Assembly (NCBI GenBank): GCA_046484135.1 | Contig: JAWOBU010000219.1 | Location: forward strand, 1-19,158 | DNA: 19,158 bases | Reading direction: 5' to 3' | DNA from: a bacterium | GTDB lineage: Bacteria; RBG-13-61-14; DATKZS01 | Shown here: one piece after another, positions 8,504 to 15,556 of the stretch | Position numbering within the stretch: the stretch's first letter is position 1 | Layout of the letters: every line of letters begins with the position of its first letter | Notes under the pieces: model-generated | What the model was told of the DNA's origin: nothing | The model's database searches: none | What the model saw: only the letters and a program-made list of their open reading frames with translations | Made by a program: the position numbers and the translations under genes

Positions 8504-9517
8504 TCACGTAACCCGGAGGACCTCGCCTGATTTGACCACCCGTCGTGATTTCATGGCGTCTATGGCGGAACAGGTTATAACCGCGATTTCCTTACCTTCG
8601 GTGCCCGCGGGCTGGTAATCCCCTTCTTCCCGGAGGGCCCGGGTAAAGGCGGCCACCATCTTTCCCACCGGGTCGTCCGGCTCGAACCGGATCTCTTCGG
8701 TGTCGCCCTCAGTGGTCTTTCTAAACACGGTCAGGTTATCGCCGTTGAAATCGCCCTGGACCTCGATCCTGCCGCGGTCGCCTTCCGCCCGTACATAGTG
8801 CTGTAACTCGCCCATGCCGCAACCGCCCACTGCCATGCCCTGAGTTTCGTCCTCGAACCGGAGCATGACCGAGGCCATCCGGTTTATGGAAGGATGACCG
8901 ATGTCGGTGCCCATTCCGCCGACCTCGACCACGCTCTTGTTTTTTATCCAGCACAGGAGGTCTATGGCATGAGTGGTGTAGCGCATTAGAGCGGCCGGAC
9001 CGGCGCGGGCGGAGTCCTGCCACCAGCCGGGCGGAAGGTCCTCCCGGTCCAGAAAGCCAGCTTCCAGGCAAAGGACCTCGCCGATCGCGCCCTCCCGTAC
9101 CTCTTCTTTCAGCTTCTCCAGCGCCGGATGGAAACGCGATTGAAAAGCCAGACCCACCTGCACGCCCGCGGCCCGGGCCTTCTCCTGCACCTTGTGGGCC
9201 CCGTCCACGCTGAGAGCCATGGGCGCTTCCATGAAGATGTGCTTGCCCGCATCTATGCACTGCACGGCGTGGGGTACGTGCATGAAGTTGGGAGAGGATA
9301 TGTAGGCCACCTGAATGGAGTCGTCCTCCACCAGCTTTTCCGGGCCGTCGTAAACACGGAACTCCGGCCAATCGGAAAGGGAGTCCCGAACTCCTTCCGG
9401 CTCCCGGCTGCAAACACCCACGATCTCTGATCCTGCTGAAGAGAACAAGGCTGGAATCATAACTTCACGGGCGCGGCGGCCCGTCCCGATAATACCCCAT
9501 CCCAAACGATCGGACAT
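8504..9517 (-). CDS. Gfo/Idh/MocA family oxidoreductase
   Basis: Rossmann motif WGIIGTG, then YISSPNFMH, GKHIFMEAP, RFHP, GAIGEV and HAIDL. ATG 9517 is preferred (10 nt from AAGGAGG); GTG 9526 is an alternative start. Confidence 0.88.
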   Translation of the reverse strand: MSDRLGWGIIGTGRRAREVMIPALFSSAGSEIVGVCSREPEGVRDSLSDWPEFRVYDGPEKLVEDDSIQVAYISSPNFMHVPHAVQCIDAGKHIFMEAPMALSVDGAHKVQEKARAAGVQVGLAFQSRFHPALEKLKEEVREGAIGEVLCLEAGFLDREDLPPGWWQDSARAGPAALMRYTTHAIDLLCWIKNKSVVEVGGMGTDIGHPSINRMASVMLRFEDETQGMAVGGCGMGELQHYVRAEGDRGRIEVQGDFNGDNLTVFRKTTEGDTEEIRFEPDDPVGKMVAAFTRALREEGDYQPAGTEGKEIAVITCSAIDAMKSRRVVKSGEVLRVT

Positions 9518-9602
9518 GTTACTCACGCCTCCTTACTTCCGGCTTTTTATTTCCCGGGACCTCGAGAGTCGTCCCCGGGGAATTCCTTCACTTCCTGTAA
9601 AT

Positions 9603-9632
9603 AAGTTAGACTACAGGCAAAGTTTATGTCAA
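9603..9632 (-). promoter_or_regulatory. Sigma70-like promoter for the oxidoreductase gene
   Basis: On the - strand: TTGACA (9632-9627), 18-nt spacer, TAACTT (9608-9603). Confidence 0.45.
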
Positions 9633-10080
9633 GTGAAAATTAAAAAAATTTAATCCGGCAAAAAAAAGGGCGAAAGAAGCTCCCGGATTGTCAGTTAAAA
9701 GCACAATGCAAAATGAAGGACAACTCAAGGACACCTATCAAGGCAAACCCGCACAATGAAGGGACTCGGAGCAATCCGGAGTTTACCGGAACTCATGTTA
9801 AGCGAAAAACCGCCGGACAAAGTAACCCCCTCCTGAAACCATACACAGTCCGGCACATGTTCAGCTCACAGGGCAACGACCTGGACCCCCGGCTTGCCGA
9901 GCGGGTAGGAAGCATGGCCGGAGCTATCAAAAGAGGTGCGGGCCCAGACCCTCATTTCCGATCCGGGTCTGTTTCCTCATAGCTCGAAATTTATTTGATC
10001 ATCATCCTACAAACCCTGCAGGAAAGAGATTCAGGGGAGGTATTGTGAGGATGAAGTTGATTGCAAAAGTCTGAGCCCTG

Positions 10081-10143
10081 CCCCCGGGACCGCCAGGCGG
10101 AAGCCCGGCAAACTCCCCCGGGAGCGCCAGGCTCCAGCCTGGC
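10081..10143 (+). repeat. Two tandem REP-like units CCCCCGGGA(C/G)CGCCAGGC-N4-GCC(C/T)GGC
   Basis: Copies at 10081-10109 and 10115-10143. Further copies at 10366-10394, 10401-10429 and (-) 11753-11780. Confidence 0.8.
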
Positions 10144-10167
10144 GCTGAAAAAGCGCAGGATGAATCG

Positions 10168-10194
10168 GTAGCCCGGATAGCTCGTCTATCCGGG
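10168..10194 (+). repeat. GTAG-type REP-like hairpin
   Basis: GTAG followed by the perfect stem CCCGGATAG-ctcgt-CTATCCGGG. Confidence 0.55.
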
Positions 10195-10254
10195 TGCCAT
10201 TGGCACAGGATGGTTTCATCCTGCGGCTTATCGCCGCCCGCATAGCATATCCGG

Positions 10255-10334
10255 GTGGGAGTGAGCTCCTGCTCACGATAATCGAGACCTGCCTGCCTGT
10301 GCGTTCCGCACGCAGACAGGGAGGTCTCTCCCAC
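10255..10334. repeat. REP doublet (REPIN-like) interrupted by a 29-bp insertion
   Basis: GTGGGAGTGAGCTCCTGCTCACGAT-a-ATCGAGACCTG[insert]GAGGTCTCTCCCAC, with inverted GTGGGAG/CTCCCAC termini. Confidence 0.75.
10292..10320. mobile_element. 29-bp palindromic mini-element, copy 1
   Basis: CCTGCCTGTGCGTTCCGCACGCAGACAGG is identical to 10874-10902 and absent from the homologous site at 397-419. Confidence 0.7.
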
Positions 10335-10365
10335 CATAAGCCCAGCCTGGCTCCAAACGCAACTC

Positions 10366-10429
10366 CCCCCGGGACCGCCAGGCACCAGCCTGGCAAAATT
10401 CCCCCGGGACCGTCAGGCGGAAGCCTGGC
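10366..10429 (+). repeat. Two tandem REP-like units (GGGACCGCCAGGC family)
   Basis: 10366-10394 and 10401-10429 belong to the same family as 10081-10143. Confidence 0.8.
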
Positions 10430-10481
10430 TCTAAACGCAACGTCACAACGCCGCAACGGTTCTTTTTTCAACATCACTTTA

Positions 10482-10505
10482 GTGCGAGCGACTTCCAGCC
10501 GCGAT
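10482..10505 (+). repeat. REP-like unit (GTGCGAG family)
   Basis: GTGCGAGCGACTTCCAGCCGCGAT is 22/24 identical to the reverse complement of 11462-11485. Confidence 0.75.
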
Positions 10506-10522
10506 CAAGCCCGGCTTCTCAA

Positions 10523-10660
10523 GTCCCGAAGGGACGAAAGACTATAGCCCGGGGTGATAACCGGGAAACCTTTTAAAGCCCCAAAGGGGCGCAGGAAAAT
10601 AGCCAGGGGCGCGAGCCCCTGGAAAACATCACACATACAATATATGCGGCCTGAAAGGCA
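10523..10660. repeat. CCCGAAGGG...TAGCC palindrome-family half elements
   Basis: GTCCCGAAGGGAC...ATAGCCCGGGG and GCCCCAAAGGGGC...ATAGCCAGGGGCGCGAGCCCCTGG share the layout of the left arm of 11064-11271. Confidence 0.55.
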
Positions 10661-10677
10661 GCGGGAGAGGTCTCGGA

Positions 10678-10836
10678 CCTTTGGACTGCGAAAGCTTGCT
10701 TTCGCTTTCTCTTCCGGCAAGCTTGCTTGCCGGTCCGCCGGCTTGGTTGCATGTATAGAACAAGTAGCGCCGATGTCTACCATAACGGGAGCAAGCTCCC
10801 TGACACAAAGCGGCGGCAAGCCGCGCGCACTCCGAA
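10678..10836. repeat. REPIN-like element (TTGGA(C/G)TGCG family)
   Basis: Left unit TTTGGACTGCGAAAGCTTGCTTTCGCTTT and inverted right unit AAAGCGGCGGCAAGCCGCGCGCACTCCGAAAG. Internal palindromes CCGGCAAGCTTGCTTGCCGG and GGGAGCAAGCTCCC. Confidence 0.65.
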
Positions 10837-10843
10837 AGTACCC

Positions 10844-10966
10844 CCTTTGGACTGCGCCTGCCTGTGCGTGTTGCCTGCCTGTGCGTTCCGCACGCAGACA
10901 GGCACGCAGACAGGAAAGCTTGCTTTCGCTTTCTCCCCCGGCAAGCTCGCTGGCCGGTCCGCCGGC
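10844..10966 (+). repeat. Second copy of 10678-10742 carrying a 58-bp insertion
   Basis: CCTTTGGACTGCG[58 bp]AAAGCTTGCTTTCGCTTTCTC...CCGGTCCGCCGGC. Confidence 0.8.
10857..10914. mobile_element. Nested pair of 29-bp mini-elements
   Basis: The outer copy CCTGCCTGTGCGTGTTG|CACGCAGACAGG (10857-10873 plus 10903-10914) is split by an inner copy at 10874-10902. Confidence 0.72.
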
Positions 10967-11063
10967 CCTCCGGCCCCCAAGCTCAGCAAATTGGCGCCTC
11001 TCCTCCCAAACCCCCACACCAAGCAGAAACTTGATTGTGAAGATCAGCCCCCGCACAGTATTT

Positions 11064-11271
11064 CCCGAAGGGAAACAATTTGGGTAGCCGTAGGTGAAGC
11101 CTACGGACCGGGATCACCCATGATTTTCTTCGGCCCTGAAGGGGCCGGACCAAGGACACGAGGGGGACTGCCAATCCCGGCTTTTGTTCGCCCCCTTCGG
11201 GGACGGGTGCCGCGGCCGGCCATGCCTTCCGTAGGCCGGCGCCTTCGGCTACTCATATTAAACCCTTCGGG
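11064..11271. repeat. ~208-bp imperfect foldback element (MITE/REPIN-like)
   Basis: Paired blocks CCCGAAGGG/CCCTTCGGG, GTAGCCGTAGG/CCTTCGGCTAC, GCCTACGGA/TCCGTAGGC and CCCTGAAGGGG/CCCCTTCGGGG. Confidence 0.7.
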
Positions 11272-11395
11272 TTTACGGCTGTAAGATGAGCCTCTTGGAA
11301 AAGGTCTGATCATCGAGGGAGTAACCCTGGGAAAAAGGGAGTTATGTATGGTGTCCCCCGATCTAGAAGGGGCGGAGTTCTCGAAGGGCGGCTTT

Positions 11396-11588
11396 AAACG
11401 CAACGGCGCGACGGCGCTACGGAAGAGGGAAGATTTATTGAGCTTAAAAAAATTGAGAGATATCGCGACTGAAAGTCGCTCGCACAGGAGTCATCTTGCA
11501 AAAAGAATCGTTGCGGCGTAGCGGCGTTTGCGTTTGGAGATTTCAGGCGGAGGGGGATGAAACGCTACGACGCTATGGCGCGACGGGG
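11396..11588. repeat. 8-nt periodic AAACGCAACGNCGCNACGNCGCNACG repeats
   Basis: Copies at about 11396-11421 (+), 11509-11536 (-) and 11559-11585 (+). Related copies at 10433-10458 and 11724-11749. Confidence 0.6.
11462..11485 (-). repeat. REP-like unit (GTGCGAG family)
   Basis: ATCGCGACTGAAAGTCGCTCGCAC is identical to 11866-11889. Confidence 0.8.
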
Positions 11589-11589
11589 A

Positions 11590-11840
11590 AGAGGGTTTCA
11601 CGCAAAGACGCTGAGTCGCAAAGGGAAGAGAAGAAGAGATTTATTGCTCGGAGGATTGCTTGATCGGAAGAGAACTTGTGCGGAGGAGTTTATTTTCATG
11701 GAGATAGAGAAAAAAGGAAAAATCGTTGCGGCGTGGTGACATTGCGTTTAGAGCCAGGCTGGAACCTGGCGGTCCCGGGGCGTTGCGTTTAGAGGGTTTC
11801 ACGCAAAGACGCTGAGTCGCAAAGGGAAGAGAAGAAGAGA
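11590..11840 (+). repeat. Exact 50-bp direct repeat (11590-11639 and 11791-11840)
   Basis: AGAGGGTTTCACGCAAAGACGCTGAGTCGCAAAGGGAAGAGAAGAAGAGA occurs twice. Confidence 0.9.
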
Positions 11841-11865
11841 CCTTGAGCTTACGGAACAGAGAGAG

Positions 11866-11889
11866 ATCGCGACTGAAAGTCGCTCGCAC
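11866..11889 (-). repeat. REP-like unit (GTGCGAG family)
   Basis: Identical to 11462-11485. Confidence 0.8.
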
Positions 11890-11941
11890 GGAGGAGAGCG
11901 GGCCTGGAGGAGTATTAATCGTATTTTTTAGCAGGGGATCA

Positions 11942-13171
11942 TTAAGCACCTTCGACCACGACTTCCTGGATGGCGCGGGGGGTGGCGTCTTTTATGACGA
12001 AGACCATGTCGCGGTACCTTATGCGCTCGCCCGGTCGGGGCACTCGTTTGAAAAGCGAGAGCAGGAACCCTCCCAGGGTCTCGTAATCTCCTTCCGGCAG
12101 GGACCAGCCCAGTATCTCGTTCACGTCGTCTATCTCCATGCGGGCGCTTATGCTGACGCGGTCCTGGTCAATGCGGCGGTAAAGTATGAGGTGGCTGTCG
12201 TGCTCGTCCTCTATCTCGCCCACTATCTCCTCGACGATGTCCTCGCGGGTGATGACGCCTATGCATCCGCCGTACTCGTCCACCACCACCGCGAAGTTGA
12301 AGTTCTTCTGCTGCATGGCGAACAAGAGCTCGTCAATGGGCTTGTTAAAGGGAATGTACTCGACCTCTTTCATGAACTCCTTGACCGGCCGCTCCAGGTC
12401 GCCGGCTTCGAGGAAGTCGAAAATCTCGACCATTCCCACCATATTGTCTATCCGGTCCTGCCAGACCGGGTAGCGGCTGTAGAGCTTGCGGGACGACCTC
12501 CGGAGCACCTCGCCGATGGTGGAATCCTCTGATACTCCCTCGACCTCGACCAGCGGGATCATGGCGTCTTCCACCACTGTCTCGCTGAACTCGAAGATGC
12601 GGTCAATCATCTGCCTGCTCTCTTCGTCCATGAGCGAGTGGTTGTCCGCCTGGGTGAGCAGGAGCTTGAGCTCGTCGCGGGTGTACCAGAAAGAGCCTTC
12701 CTTGCCCGTCTTGCCGGCCACCCGCAAAAACAGCCGGAGCGCTCCCATAAGAAGGACCAGGACCGGCAGGAACAGGTAGTAAAACAGTTTCAAAAGCAGT
12801 ATCATGCGGGGGGCGTAGGTGTTGGCCCGCGGATAAAAGAAGCTGCGGGGAAGGATTTGTCCGAACACGATGAACAAGGGCGCAATCACCGCCAAAGCGA
12901 TCAGCGCCCCCCACTGTCCGTAGCTGTCCATGCAGTAGACGGACAAGGAAACGGCTGCCGCTGCTATGGAGATTGCCGATCCCACCAGCGCGGTGGCCAA
13001 GAGCCACTGGGGCCGGTCCAGGAACCTTTCCACCTGGCCGGCGCCGCGGGAGCCGTTCGCCGCCTTGCCTCTCAACACGGCCCGGTCGGCGAAGAACAGC
13101 GATATCTCGGCTCCCGAAAAGAAAGCGTTCAAGAGCAGTCCCAGGACAACCACCAGGATGACGGTGTTCAT
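11942..13171 (-). CDS. CNNM/DUF21-CBS-CorC_HlyC protein (hemolysin family / Mg-Co transport-associated)
   Basis: N-terminal TM region with NAFFSGAEIS, CBS pair (YSRYPV, VVVDEYGG, EDIVEEIVGEIEDEHD) and CorC tail YETLGG. ATG 13171 overlaps the upstream stop (ATGA), so it is preferred over 13222. Confidence 0.9.
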   Translation of the reverse strand: MNTVILVVVLGLLLNAFFSGAEISLFFADRAVLRGKAANGSRGAGQVERFLDRPQWLLATALVGSAISIAAAAVSLSVYCMDSYGQWGALIALAVIAPLFIVFGQILPRSFFYPRANTYAPRMILLLKLFYYLFLPVLVLLMGALRLFLRVAGKTGKEGSFWYTRDELKLLLTQADNHSLMDEESRQMIDRIFEFSETVVEDAMIPLVEVEGVSEDSTIGEVLRRSSRKLYSRYPVWQDRIDNMVGMVEIFDFLEAGDLERPVKEFMKEVEYIPFNKPIDELLFAMQQKNFNFAVVVDEYGGCIGVITREDIVEEIVGEIEDEHDSHLILYRRIDQDRVSISARMEIDDVNEILGWSLPEGDYETLGGFLLSLFKRVPRPGERIRYRDMVFVIKDATPRAIQEVVVEGA

Positions 13172-14469
13172 TCGGTTTCCTCCCGGACCACGTCCAGCCG
13201 GTTTATGATGATGCCATGACACTCGAGAACCATGAACCGGAAGCCGTAAATCCTGACCTCGTCGCCGGGTCGGGGACGCCGTCCCAGGAAGGAGAGCACC
13301 AGGCCGGCCACGGTGCGGGTCACGTCCGAAGGTATGTCCGCGCCCGTGCGCACGTTGAACTCCCGGAGCTCGAGCCGTCCCTGCACGTGCCAGTGGTTGT
13401 CCCCTACCCTTTCGAACTCGGCCTCCTCTCGCTCGCGGACCTCGCCGAAAATCTCCTCCAGCACGTCCTCCATGGTCACCAGCCCCACGTGGGAGCCGAA
13501 CTCGTCCACTACCAGTCCCATGTGGTTCCTGCTGTTCTTGAAGTCGAGCATAAGGTCCCGGAGCCTCCGGCTTTCCGGCACGTGCAAGGGAGGCCTCATA
13601 ACCTCCCGCACCGCGACGCTCTCCCGCTTGCGGCCGGCAGCCACCGGCCGGAGCAGGCTCTTGGCGGTGATTATGCCCACGATGTTCTCCAGGTCGCCTT
13701 CATACACCGGAATGCGGGAGTAGTTCTGCTTCTGGATCAACGCTCCGGCCGCGAGCAGGGAGTCGTCAGCGGATATGCCCACTATCTCGTGCCGGGGGGT
13801 CATGATCTCCTCCGCGGTGATATCTCCGGACCGAAGCAGGTTGACCAAAAGCTCCCGCTCGGTTACGTCAAGGAGGCCGTCCCTGCTGCCGCTTTCCACC
13901 AGCCCTTTCATGTCGCTCTCTTCCATCTGGTCTTCAATGCTCTCCCAGTCACCGGCGCCCAGGGCCCGGAAGAAAAAGTTGACGATCAACTGGAAGCTCC
14001 ACCAGACGGGAAAGGCCAGTCTTTTAAAGGCGAGAACCGAAGGCGCGACGGCCCGGGAGATCCCGTCATTGTAAAAAACCCCCACCGCCTTGGGAGCGGC
14101 CTGGGCAGCGAAGAGAAGAACGAACACGGAAGCGGCGAAGGCAACAGCAATGGTAAGAAGCGGGTATCCGTGCCACAGGAGTTCCCCCTCTGTCGAGGGA
14201 AGGTATCCGCGGGAGGCCGCCATCCAGGTGATGAGAACCACTAGGCCGGCCCGGCTGAGCTCGCTTCCCACTCCCAGGGACACGATCAGTTCGCGGGGCG
14301 ACTCCAGGAGCTTTCTTATGACAGCCGCGGATTTTGTGCCATCTTCCTCCATCTGGACCAGCCGGAGCGGCGCCAGGGAGAACAGGGCGGCTTCAGCGGA
14401 AGAGAATCCCCCGCAGACCACGATGAGGGCCACCAGCAGCGTCCAGTGCAAGTACGGGTTTTCAAACAT
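13168..14469 (-). CDS. CNNM/DUF21-CBS-CorC_HlyC protein (paralog)
   Basis: Motifs FSSAEAALFSL, IMTPR, YSRIPVY, VVDEFG, EDVLEEIFGE and TVAGL. Confidence 0.9.
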   Translation of the reverse strand: MFENPYLHWTLLVALIVVCGGFSSAEAALFSLAPLRLVQMEEDGTKSAAVIRKLLESPRELIVSLGVGSELSRAGLVVLITWMAASRGYLPSTEGELLWHGYPLLTIAVAFAASVFVLLFAAQAAPKAVGVFYNDGISRAVAPSVLAFKRLAFPVWWSFQLIVNFFFRALGAGDWESIEDQMEESDMKGLVESGSRDGLLDVTERELLVNLLRSGDITAEEIMTPRHEIVGISADDSLLAAGALIQKQNYSRIPVYEGDLENIVGIITAKSLLRPVAAGRKRESVAVREVMRPPLHVPESRRLRDLMLDFKNSRNHMGLVVDEFGSHVGLVTMEDVLEEIFGEVREREEAEFERVGDNHWHVQGRLELREFNVRTGADIPSDVTRTVAGLVLSFLGRRPRPGDEVRIYGFRFMVLECHGIIINRLDVVREETE

Positions 14470-15556
14470 CCGGATTCTCTTCTCCTGCGGCGGGGCTTAC
14501 AAAATGCCGGAAGGCGGGGGACGGCATGTCAAGGGAGTTTCCCTGCCCGTCCCGGACAATGATGCCGGCGGATTCGGTTATGGAGCCGATCCTGGTAAGG
14601 GGGACCCCTTCCAGGTCCTTTATGTCGCCTTGCGGGTTCCACTCGGGCGGTGCGGTGAAAAGCAGCTCGTAATCCTCTCCTCCGGCCAGGGCGGACTGCA
14701 TGGCTTCATGGCTCATGGAGCCGGATATCTTGAAGTGCTCTTTGAACTCGTCGGAAAGAGGAACGCTCCTGAGTTCGATCTCTGCTCCGGGGACGCCGGA
14801 TTCCTTGAGGAGCCGGGGCAGGTCGGCTGCGATGCCGTCGGAGGTGTCTATCATGCTGGTGGCTATGCCTGCTACTTTCCTTGCGGGTTCGAGCCGTACC
14901 TCGGGGTCCAGGTGCTTCATGATCGGCCCTGCGAGAGGGTCGGAGGATATCCTTTCCATGTCCACCCGCGGTTCCATCTCCAGGAGCCGGGAAAGGCCCA
15001 GCCCCGAGTCGCCGGTATAGCCGGTGATGTAAAGATGATCGCCCGGCCGGGCGCCGGAGCGGTACACTGGTGCGGGAGGCTCGGCGTCTCCGAGCACAAA
15101 AACAGAGATGACCAGCTTGTCCGAGCGGGTCACGTCGCCGCCTGCCAGTGATACTTCGGCCTCAGAGGCCTTCTCCTGGAAGCCTTCCAGGATTTCTTCG
15201 ATCACTTGGAGCGGGAAATCGCCGGGAGCGGACAGGCCGAGAAGAGCAAACCTGGGGACCGCGGCCATGGCTGCCACGTCGGAGAGGTTTACGGACAGGG
15301 CCTTTCTTCCCAGCAATCGGGGAACGGTCCGTTCCAGCCGGAAATGCACGTCCTGGACGACGAGGTCGGTGGTTGCCACGGAAGTGCCCGCGGCCGCGAA
15401 TACCGCGGCGTCGTCGCCAATGCTTTTTATCAGGCGGGGATCACAGCTTGCCGCCCGGGACCTGATCCTTTCGATCAGCCCGTCCTCGCCGATCCGGGAC
15501 AATCCGGCGGCGGAGTCTAAGTCAGGAGGTGATTCCACTTCGTCCTGGTTCGCCAT
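14462..15556 (-). CDS. thiL: Thiamine-monophosphate kinase
   Basis: Motifs GEDGLI, IGDDAAV, TTD...VHF, NLSDVAAM, GGD, RSGARPGD, DTSDG and GGEDYELLFT. Confidence 0.95.
   Translation of the reverse strand: MANQDEVESPPDLDSAAGLSRIGEDGLIERIRSRAASCDPRLIKSIGDDAAVFAAAGTSVATTDLVVQDVHFRLERTVPRLLGRKALSVNLSDVAAMAAVPRFALLGLSAPGDFPLQVIEEILEGFQEKASEAEVSLAGGDVTRSDKLVISVFVLGDAEPPAPVYRSGARPGDHLYITGYTGDSGLGLSRLLEMEPRVDMERISSDPLAGPIMKHLDPEVRLEPARKVAGIATSMIDTSDGIAADLPRLLKESGVPGAEIELRSVPLSDEFKEHFKISGSMSHEAMQSALAGGEDYELLFTAPPEWNPQGDIKDLEGVPLTRIGSITESAGIIVRDGQGNSLDMPSPAFRHFVSPAAGEENPDV

Noticed and set aside
9742..9790. c-di-GMP-I riboswitch-like GGCAAACCC...GGGAC
   Set aside because: It lacks the GNRA-capped P2 and the GCAAAGC junction, and no same-strand gene lies downstream.
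10081..10429. CRISPR array from the ~29-bp palindromic repeats
   Set aside because: Gaps are 5-6 nt or >200 nt rather than uniform spacers, the repeats are degenerate, and no cas genes are present.
9713..11949. ORFs in the intergenic region (e.g. 9713-9982, 10505-11056, 10554-11087, 10727-11284)
   Set aside because: They read through palindromic repeats, have no recognisable domains and show atypical composition; no RAYT/TnpA HUH motif was seen.
13172..13222. Longer N-terminus (MSWHHHK...) for the second CNNM gene
   Set aside because: It would overlap the upstream gene by 55 nt; the ATGA-coupled start at 13171 gives a typical TM N-terminus.
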